Part shown: one piece after another, positions 40,380-49,227 of the stretch
Position numbering within the stretch: position 1 is the stretch's first letter
How the letters are laid out: each line of letters opens with the position of its first letter
NCBI GenBank assembly: GCA_047967505.1
Contig: CM106538.1
DNA length: 64,000 nucleotides
Origin: Dipteris shenzhenensis
Taxonomy: Eukaryota
Strand: one strand, 5' to 3'
Notes under the pieces: generated by a model
Told to the model about the DNA's origin: nothing
The model's database searches: none
What the model saw: the letters and a program-made list of their open reading frames with translations, nothing else
Translations under genes and position numbers: made by a program

Positions 40380-41030
40380 AACACTATATTAGAGAATTTG
40401 GGAAAATCCTAATTCCCACGAAATAAAATATAGTCACTTCAAAAGTAAAATTTGATGTTTTTTATTGAAACATTAGCTCCATTGAGGACCATGCACAATA
40501 CTTTCCCAATTCCTAGAAACCCAAGCAAAAATCTTCTGTATGTTGCTATGGCAAAAGGCCTTAATAGATGTGAACATGGCTCCATGGCCAAAAGATTTGT
40601 TGATTTGCTAGTGAAAGAAAGATGTTTGTTGTTTTGTATGCATCAAAACCACAAACAAAAGCCAATTTATAGATGTTGCGTTAGGAAGATTCATTGGAGT
40701 AAATTAAATTGCAGTATTGATATATGCAATAGGATTGTTATAGATCTTTGACATCCATCATATAACTGTGGTCTTCAAAAACAAAATTAAACTTGCAACA
40801 ACTGTTAATTTTTATTTGGTATATAAGATGTATCAAATTAATGTCAAATGCATATGTTTCTATGTTGATAAATTGCAGTATTGACATATGCAATAGGATT
40901 ATGGTAGAGCTTTGACATCCATCATATAAATGTGGTGTTCAAAAACACCGTTCCATCACAATAGAGCTCATGAAACTCTCCATCACAATAGAGCTATAAT
41001 CAAAACCATTGACATAGCCAATTTTGCACC

Positions 41031-41277
41031 CTTGGGGGGGTCACTATCTATAAACCCTCTATATCACGTGCGTTCAAGGCCTATATTTAAAATCCCTTAT
41101 CTGTAAATTTTTTCATTAATAAAATGTACCCCTTTTCTATACAAATCTGTAAATTTTTTCCAAAACTATTTTAAATAGTCCCTTATGTATATTTATTTTT
41201 GTAAATTTTAGGAATAAAAAATATCCTTCTTTTGAACTCACGTGATAGGGTTACATATGATGAGTGACCCCCCTAAG
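41031..41277. mobile_element. 247-bp MITE, highly similar to 34809-35054
   Basis: TIRs cttgggggggtcact / agtgaccccc(c)taag. 8-bp TSD TTTGCACC (41023-41030, 41278-41285). Confidence 0.93.
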
Positions 41278-41318
41278 TTTGCACCACATCGTTTAACATA
41301 ATCATTAACAATTCCATA

Positions 41319-41876
41319 CTAGTATTCATACTCACAAAGTAGCTCATCTCCGAAGGAGATATCCTTTATGGTTTGCACAGTAATGTAGCCATGGGCACTC
41401 AAATTTCCTTGTGACTTTTGAGCCCAAGGTGGTAGTTTAGGGATGTATACAAATATAACATTTGTTCTTTCTTTATAATACATTGAGCTATTTATATATC
41501 CAGCAATGTTTCCATACAATACATCTCCCACAATACATTTCACATCTGTCAATGGCTCAACGAATGGATCTTCAAACATTCCATAAGTCTTCATCCTTGG
41601 GAAAAACTTGAGGAGAGATCTCCAAGTATCATAATCATACTTTGGACCATTATATACCATCAAATCTTGTTTTTTCTTGATGCTCGTATGTACAAAAAGA
41701 CCATATCCTGCCCCAGGTATTGTTGATTTCTTTACTTCATAATGGATGCCATCCATTTCGAACACGTGCTCAATGGGTATGGGCAATTTATGTTTCCATA
41801 AGCCATTGGATGCAGGATCAAAATTTGTAATAAGATAGCTCTTCAACTTTTCAGGACAATCTGCAACACCTATCAT
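41319..41876 (-). CDS. SET-domain protein (putative lysine methyltransferase), compact viral/bacterial-like architecture
   Basis: EVKKSTIPGAGYGLF (motif I), VYNG, IAGYINSS (RFINHS-like, His absent), NV, TIKDISFGDELLCEY (ELxxxY). Uninterrupted 185-aa ORF. Confidence 0.85.
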   Translation of the reverse strand: MIGVADCPEKLKSYLITNFDPASNGLWKHKLPIPIEHVFEMDGIHYEVKKSTIPGAGYGLFVHTSIKKKQDLMVYNGPKYDYDTWRSLLKFFPRMKTYGMFEDPFVEPLTDVKCIVGDVLYGNIAGYINSSMYYKERTNVIFVYIPKLPPWAQKSQGNLSAHGYITVQTIKDISFGDELLCEYEY

Positions 41877-42123
41877 ATGTTTAAAATCAAAGAATCATTC
41901 TTTTAGTGGAGGAATACAAACTCACATCACAAAGCACATAGCATTTTTTGGACAAGGTACTAACTCAATGTCTATTAATTCTTTCACAAAACAAATTGAA
42001 ACATAATGTTTTGCTAGTTGAATCTAACCAAATAGTGTCCAAATATAAATCAGAATGTAGGTACAAATGTTTTAGTTGAGCATTTGTGTCTACAACTCTA
42101 ATTAACAAGATCACTCACATTCC

Positions 42124-43377
42124 CTAATGGTTGTCTATGCAATAAAATTGAATCAAGTTGGCTAAGAATGCCCTTGCAACATCGGCAGTGATTCCCCTTT
42201 CCTTGCATCCAAGAACCATAGCAAAGCGTTTTGCCTCACTATCTTTCAATGGCCCCATTTTGGCAATTTTTCCTAGCATGCATTCTTCCTCTTCATTCAA
42301 TGTAACATGTTGAGCATGCACCATACTTCTTGTAGTAGGACAAGTCCCTCTCACTCTAGTTTTGGTTATAGGTGAAGTAATACCTTTCTCTGTGTCTTTT
42401 TTTGAACTACGAGTAGACATATGAGATTCGACATTCATCCTTTCGAGAACTTCTTTGTTTTTTTCTTTGAATTCAAGGATCACTAGTTGAAAATAATAGA
42501 ACATATCATGCCCTTCGACAATCGGAGCTTGACCAAATCTGTTAGAAGAGATGGCATTGTGCACATCTACTGCATCATCTAGCATCTGTAGGTACGGTAA
42601 TAACTCATGAAGCAAAATAGAATTACCACAATCTATATCAAATTTTGTAGGGAAAATGCAATTTTCTGCTGGATTAACATAACCCGTGTAAGGCGAAACA
42701 TCAATGAACACTGTTCTTGCTGGTTTGCATTCCTCTTTAAAACAACACCACACTCTCATCAATGGTTTAAACTCCGCTTCCACATTCATCCTATCTGGTC
42801 GAATGATTCTACTCTTTGTATGCTTGTGGCATGCCATCGCACCCCAAACCATGAAGAAATGTAACTTTCTGTTAACATGATGCTCCAAAGTGTCCAGCAT
42901 GTGTTGCACCATGCCCTTTTCTCCTGCAGTGGACCAAATGCCAACATGGTAGTGATCGAGCAACCATTGTAGAAACTCTAAACACCCAGGATGAAGAACA
43001 AGCCAATGCTTCCCATTGTGCAAGCTCATATGTTTATTTGACTTCGAAAAACAACGCTCGAGCAATAACCCTTTCAAATCTATTATCATCGCTAGTCTTA
43101 TTTTTGTTATCACCTCTTTTGACATTATTTCTGAGGGTGACATTATGTCTTCTCCTTTACCTTCTAAGATTTCTGCCTGCACCTTGGCTTCATACAATGA
43201 CATTGCATCTTCTCCTTTACCTTCTAAGCTTGCATTCACATATGTCAATGGAACATTAACTGCAGACATTGCATCCTCAACATTTTCAATCAACCATGTT
43301 GAGCTAGGAACTTGGATGCTAATGTTCATATTAGGCACATAATGAATCATTGGATCAGGTGTCACATGTACAGGCAA
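42124..43377 (-). CDS. FCP1/SCP (NIF) HAD-superfamily phosphatase-like protein
   Basis: AMIIDLKGLLL (DLDGxL-like motif I, second Asp lost), LVLHPGCLEFLQWLLDHYHVGIWSTA, KPLMRVW, TVFIDVSPY, NCIFP. The 5' end may be spliced (acceptor-like tttatcaacag near 43413). Confidence 0.8.
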   Translation of the reverse strand: MPVHVTPDPMIHYVPNMNISIQVPSSTWLIENVEDAMSAVNVPLTYVNASLEGKGEDAMSLYEAKVQAEILEGKGEDIMSPSEIMSKEVITKIRLAMIIDLKGLLLERCFSKSNKHMSLHNGKHWLVLHPGCLEFLQWLLDHYHVGIWSTAGEKGMVQHMLDTLEHHVNRKLHFFMVWGAMACHKHTKSRIIRPDRMNVEAEFKPLMRVWCCFKEECKPARTVFIDVSPYTGYVNPAENCIFPTKFDIDCGNSILLHELLPYLQMLDDAVDVHNAISSNRFGQAPIVEGHDMFYYFQLVILEFKEKNKEVLERMNVESHMSTRSSKKDTEKGITSPITKTRVRGTCPTTRSMVHAQHVTLNEEEECMLGKIAKMGPLKDSEAKRFAMVLGCKERGITADVARAFLANLIQFYCIDNH

Positions 43378-44117
43378 TGCTTCTAGCGATGTGAAATTGA
43401 GATGGCCAATATCTGTTGATAAACAAGGAAATGAAATTCATAAGTAGAAACAAACTGAATATTGAGATGGAAAACCAAATTGTCAAACTTTAGGTTGTGT
43501 GCTCTCAATGCAATTTGTTTGTGTGAAAGCATTCATGTTTTTCTTTTTCAAAACAAAATTGGAATACTAAAAAAAAGAAAGCATTCATGTTCATATGCTT
43601 AGTATACCCCCTAAAGTTGTTGAATCTATACCCTTTCAAGTTATTTTAATCCCCAAAACTACATATCCTTACAATGCCAAAAACCTTTGCATAATAGATA
43701 GAGTGGAGTCCAACATTATCTAGCATTGCCCGAGTGTTCCCACTAAGAAAAGATTTGGCCAAGCGGCCAAAACATATTTGAGCATTCATATGAAGTGAAT
43801 AAGGATAGAAACAATAATTTACACTAATTCATTCATCACGATCAAGACTCAACACACTTTTTAACATTTATGAACTCATAAATAAATTTGGATGTGTATC
43901 ACACTCCAAAGGTATTACAACATGCAAACACATCTTTTCATGAAATATAGAAAATTAAACATATTCAAGAATACATATGAATGTTTGAATTATGGCAATG
44001 AGATAGAATGAATTTCCAAGTAATATTAAAAGATCTTTGGAACAAAATTAATACATCATATGGAGAATATAGCAAGATAACATATGGAAAACACGAACAC
44101 CATATAAAAGGACAATT

Positions 44118-46113
44118 TCAAGGACCTGTTGCTTCCTCTTCTGTTTCCCAAAACTTTGAAGCGTGTTTTTGTAAATGCTCACGCTGCTCTTCATTGAAGG
44201 GTTGAAGCTCTTTTTGTCCTAGTATGGTATCAATTTCTTTATCCCCTCCACCTTCAATTGTATCATCTTCTTTTGATACCCCCTCTATTGCCAATATTGG
44301 TTCTTGCAAGCCAGCCCATTGTCGAATTTCATGATTACTGTAAGCATACGTGCAACATATACTTTCAACCTTTGCCAACTCCTCATAAGTCTCAACAACT
44401 GAAACAACATGCCTCTTACAAGAAAGAGACTCTATTGCAGCAAGCCCCTCAGAGAACAAGTCCAATACATACTCATCTTCTCGACAGAAACCCATGATCA
44501 TGTCTTTCATGATACTTGAACGTTTTCTTTTCAAGGATAATTCAATGTCAAATTCATCATCATCCTCCTCGTCATCATCATCCTCATCACCTGATTCTTC
44601 TGCACCACTTGATTTTTCATATTTTTCATCTGCAACATATATTGATGGCTTACATTGTGCATTGGTATAGCGCTCAATATCGTTGAAATGCTTTTCCTTG
44701 CTTACCAGTACACAGGCAATTAAGCCATCCATAGATCCACTGACAAATATATCTGTAGTTTCAAAATTAAGGCAACCGAAGTGTATTTTATATTGTCCGC
44801 ATGCCTTATTTAATGCATTCTTCAAACATGATACATGATCCATGGTCAAGAACACCACAAGAAGGAATTGCACTAAAGCGATTGTCATCAAGCTTTTCAA
44901 CAAACACTCAAAGCGATCCTCATTCCAATTTCTACTTCTGCTTGGTCCATACATTACATCCAAAAAGGCAACCCCTATTGCCATTGGCTCTTGGTACACA
45001 TTATGTATAAATTCCATTCCCTCCATGTTTGAACTGACTGTGTAGAACCTCCAAGGCCGGGTGGAATTCGGTCCATGACTTGCACCTTCACTTTGTCCCA
45101 TAATCCACCTCAGATACCCCTTTGCAGCATCAGGCAATGGTGGAGTTTCCTTGCCCTATTGAAGCTTCACTTTTAACCATGAGTCAGAGCAACCACGAAT
45201 CCGATGATACAATTCCGGAGTAATTTTAAAATGTGATCTGCACTCATCCCAATTTTTTAACATTAAAGAAGGCCGTTCTGCCGATATAAACATATAAAGT
45301 TCTTCTTGTAGTGCAGCATCTCTCTTGATCTGCATAGCTCGTCCTTCAATATCAAGAATCATGGCATCAGTCTTTGTTTTAGCTATGACTACTCTACCTT
45401 CCTTAATGTCATTTTGAATTTGACCAATTTGATCATCACTCAATCCACGCAAGCATCTAAACATTGAGACTGTGGGTTGCCTACGGCATTTTCCATCTTG
45501 TGAATATTTGCCTGCAATGTAATCCTCAAGGATGGAGATCCAACCATCATAAATGGCATCGCTTGTGATTATCATATGTACATCCTTCGTGGCAAAGCTA
45601 TTGCCCAATGTTACCTTGCCAGTGTCAATGAAAGCCTGCAAAATATATGAATCCATTAGAATGCAATAATTAAGAAAACTGACTTGTAAAAAATGATTCA
45701 TAATTAAAATCTGTACTTACATCCCAATTCTCACGATCTGGATGTCCTTTTGCAAGCCCTTGTTGTGCTTTCTTGGGTCTGTTAAAGAGAATCCATTGTC
45801 CCCTCACTTGCTTAAGTATATCAATGTATGGAGATTGTCTCAAGATATTTTGAGACTCCAGGTTTGCCATCTTTGATATCTCCACACAAAAGCGTGCGGG
45901 ACAATTCACTACAATCCTCGCCTGGCGGGTGCGGTAGTAGTTCTTTCTTTGGGCCGTGCTGTTATCATCATTAGATGTGAATATTTTAGCAGCATATATT
46001 GAATGTTGTCCAGATAGTATCCAGTAGTGGCACTTGGTTAAATCCTTTTTATCTACCCTTTCTAGGGGCTGCTTTGTTTCAGGATTGAAAGGCATTAAAT
46101 CCGCTACAGTAAC
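44118..46113 (-). pseudogene. 3' part of the cargo gene: ParB/Srx-like domain plus C-terminal beta-class N4/N6 DNA-methyltransferase-like fold; one 85-bp intron and one in-frame TAG
   Basis: HYWILSGQHSIYAAK (DGxHR-like) at ~46000-46030. GT-AG intron 45636-45720 joins ENWD|AFIDTG in frame. TAG at 45156-45158 is in frame. IGVAFLDVMYG (motif IV-like, 44949-44960) precedes MIMGFCREDEYVLDLFSEG...KRHVVSVVE (motif X/I/II-like, ~44400-44510). Confidence 0.65.
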
Positions 46114-46465
46114 TTGGGACCTTGTGGATCGTCCACCAAAACGCAAGGTAATCGGCACCAAGTGGGTGTACAAGACCAAGTACAAGTCCAACCGCATGTT
46201 GGATAAGTACAAGGGTCAGCTCGTGGCAAAAGGATTTGCATAGGTACATGGTTTTGATTATTAGGATACTTTTGCTCCCATAGATTGACTAACCACAATT
46301 CGCAGTGTTTTGGCTTTAGCTACCCAAGGAAGTTGGACCGCGTTTTAGAGGGATGTAAAATCCACCTTTCTGAATGGGGATCTCAAGGAGGAGGTATACT
46401 GGAACAACCACCAGGTCTTGTGATCCCCGGTTCAGAAGGTAAAGTCTGCAAACTAAAGAAGGCAC
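46112..46465 (+). mobile_element. Copia element 1, middle fragment: RT N-terminal half, displaced and inverted
   Basis: TWDLVDRPPKRKVIGTKWVYKTK...LVAKGFA...EQPPGLVIPGSEGKVCKLKKA. Fills the gap between 29502 (..MKNN) and 17931 (YGLKQAP). Confidence 0.9.
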
Positions 46466-46899
46466 CTGACTGGCAACGAACTACAACATCAGTGTACAAC
46501 AACAATGACTACATGGCCGTGAAGGATATTGCTTATCTATAACTAAAGTAGCCTAGCAATGAGCCTCTACACACAACAAGCTGCAATCCCATGTATAGAA
46601 GACTTGTCCTATGTTGCAAGTGACTCGAATAGGCTCACTGGTATAGAAGATTTGTCCTGTGTTGTAAGTGACTCAAACATGCTTACTAATATAGAAGACT
46701 TGTCTTGTGTTGAGAATAATAAGATGGGACCACAAAGAAAAATACACTCAAAGATCGATGGGATAAGTGATGCAATAACAGGAATTGATGATATTAGTGA
46801 TAATGATCATGATGTTACCACTCGAAAGCAGGCAAAGGGGGCAAAGAATATGAGACTTGTCATGTTCGTAATATTGTTGCTAGCATGCCAGAGAATATA

Positions 46900-47570
46900 G
46901 ATGGGAGAATCTTGAGTTACGAAGGAGAAAGAGTTTAAACACAAAATTCAAGAGGCATTGGCAACAAATTGACATCAATGAACATGTCTACCAGATTGCC
47001 ATTTCCAAGATATTATAAGGCATCAAATAATTCTCAAGCCCGCACAGCATTTGATTATAGAGATGAAGATTCAAGGGAAATGGATTCGAGGTTTCATGGT
47101 CTTACAACTGGAAAACGCAACACTATTTACAAAAAGAAAGTATGTGAGTATGAAGAGGTGAAGAATCATGGCATCAATTCCAGAACCAAAGAGACATGTA
47201 ATGTTATCCGAGGAGAATATGGAAAGGATGCTTATGCGAGTTTGTTGCAAGAGACATTGCATTAGAAAAGTTGGGAAAGATGATTGTGCAGCCATACGCC
47301 TTGGTATTTGGAGTAAGACAGTGCCTAATAGACATAACTATCTTCTTTAAGAGTTTTCATGCTTTCTTCATCAAGGTACTAATTAAGATTTGAGCACAAG
47401 ACACTGTAAACCTAGATTGAAACCCATGGTTAATGGGAGACCCATTTGCAATCGAGGATATCAATGGTTAACTGGACTATCACATGGCACATACTGGACC
47501 ATCTAGGCAGAGGTGAAAGAAAAAGTGGTTCATACAATTCATGGAAATACCTACAAGTCATTACCCAAAT
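46900..47570 (+). pseudogene. Relic of a second DUF7869/Sola1-like transposase N-terminal region
   Basis: LSEENMERMLMRVCCKRHCIRKVGKDDCAAIRLGIWSKTVPNRHNYL resembles LTRDAVIKVSMIDCCKQNCCQFADRQMISKLHIEYWGQSLEARTNYV at ~23740-23880. Later VNGRPICNR and HGN motifs are also shared. Confidence 0.6.
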
Positions 47571-47666
47571 AAAATATTAATTTCCATGTGTTTTTTTTGT
47601 GCATGCGCTAGCCAGCGCACAGGTTCTAGCACCACTATTCGTATGCAGATAGAGATGCTGAGAGCT

Positions 47667-48900
47667 GAGACCAAATCTTGCGTGGATGTACGTCTAGGGT
47701 AGCCTAAGAGCCGTGTGAAGTTTCATCCCCAACAGATAAGTCCACGTGCATATTTCATTAGTATGTGTGCCATTTTTCATACGTAGTCGTGCTAGTAGGG
47801 ATTGTAAAAATGTACGCAGCTATCCTTCCACATGGCGCATACCAAATCAGTTGGGCACCAAATCTTGCGTGGATGTACATCTACGGTAGCCTAAGAGCCG
47901 TGCAAAGTTTAATATCCAACAGATAAGTCCACATGCATATTTGGTTAGTACATGCGCCATTTTTCAGACGTAGTCGTGCTAGTAGGGATTGTAAAAATGT
48001 ACGCATTATACCTTCCACGTGGCGCATACCAAATAAGTTGGAGACCAAACCTTGCGTGGATGTATGTCTAGGGTGGCCTAAGATGCATGTGAAGTTTCAT
48101 CCCCAACAGATAAGTCCACGTGCATATTTCATTAGTATGTGTGCCATTTTTCATACGTAGTCGTGCTAGTAGGGATTGTAAAAATGTACGCAGCTGTCCT
48201 TCCACGTGGTGCATACCAAATCAGTTGGAGACCAAATCTTGTGTGGATGTACGTCCAGAGTAGCCTAAGAGCTGTGTGAAGTTTCATCCCCAACAGATAA
48301 GTCCACGTGCATATTTCATTAGTATGTGTGTCATTTTTCATACGTAGTCGTGCTTGTAGGGATTGTAAAAATGTACGCAACTGTCCTTCCATATGGCGTA
48401 TACCAAATCAGTTGGGCACCAAATCTTGCGTGGATGTACGTCTATGGTAGCCTAAGAGCCATGCAAAGTTTAATCTCCAACAAATAAGTTCACATGCATA
48501 TTTGGTTAGTACGTGCACCATTTTTCACACGTAGTCGTGCTAGTAGGGATTGTAAAAGTGTACGCATTATACCTTCCACGTGGCGCATACCAAATAAGTT
48601 GGAGACCAAATCTTGCGTGGATGTATGTCTAGGGTGGCCTAAGAGTCGTGCGAAGTTTCATTCCCAACAGATAAGTCCACACGTGTATTTCGTTAGTACA
48701 TGCGCCATAGCTTTGCCGCAGTCGTGCTAGTAGGGATTGTAAAAATGTACGCATTGTACCTTCCACGTGGCGCATACCAAATCAGTTCAGACCAAATCTT
48801 GCGTAGATGTATGTCTAGGGTGGCCTAAGAGTCGTGTGAAGTTTCATCCCCAACAAGTAAGTCCACACGCGTATTTCGTTAGTACGTGCGCCAATTTTCT
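47667..48900 (+). repeat. 187-bp tandem repeat, ~6.5 copies
   Basis: Units beginning gagaccaaatcttgcgtggatgta at ~47667, 47854, 48041, 48228, 48415, 48602 and 48788. Confidence 0.95.
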
Positions 48901-49227
48901 TAGTCACGTTTTTAAAATGTCCTAAAGCACAAAACAAATTACAACATTACTACTAATAAACAATTTTTTGTTTTACAAACACAAAAAATCCCATTGAGAA
49001 GACATCGAACATCATGTAAAAAATAGAATCTAATACAATGATGTGTATGAACGTGTATACAGCCATCATAGTGAAATACAAAATATGAGTCCATGAAAAT
49101 TACAATGGTACAGTCACACACAGTGAGCCTATACATATCGAATACAAAAAAGTGTAATCAACTAGTGATACCCAATAAAAATCAATCTGATCAACTGATG
49201 ATCCCAAAAAATATGATATGTAATGTG

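Larger units (their letters stand above)
40380..46111. mobile_element. Large DNA transposon (DUF7869/Sola1-like), cargo-bearing half
   Basis: TSD GGTG at 40376-40379, then TIR aacactatattagagaatttgggaaaatcct at 40380-40410. Carries SET, HAD-phosphatase-like and ParB/MTase-like ORFs. Confidence 0.85.

Noticed and set aside
40382-40410. CACTA/En-Spm terminus (cactatattag...)
   Set aside because: Exact restoration of the Copia frame needs a 4-bp TSD (GGTG) with TIRs starting AACAC. A CACTA start gives no 3-bp TSD, and the transposase core is not TnpD-like.
41319-46113. Bacterial or viral contamination explaining the SET/ParB/MTase ORFs
   Set aside because: The region has a spliceosomal intron and a plant MITE insertion, and it is bounded by a TIR/TSD inside a plant Copia element.
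47933-48730. Small repeated ORFs (MHIWLV...)
   Set aside because: They arise from the 187-bp tandem repeat and the frame is not maintained across units.
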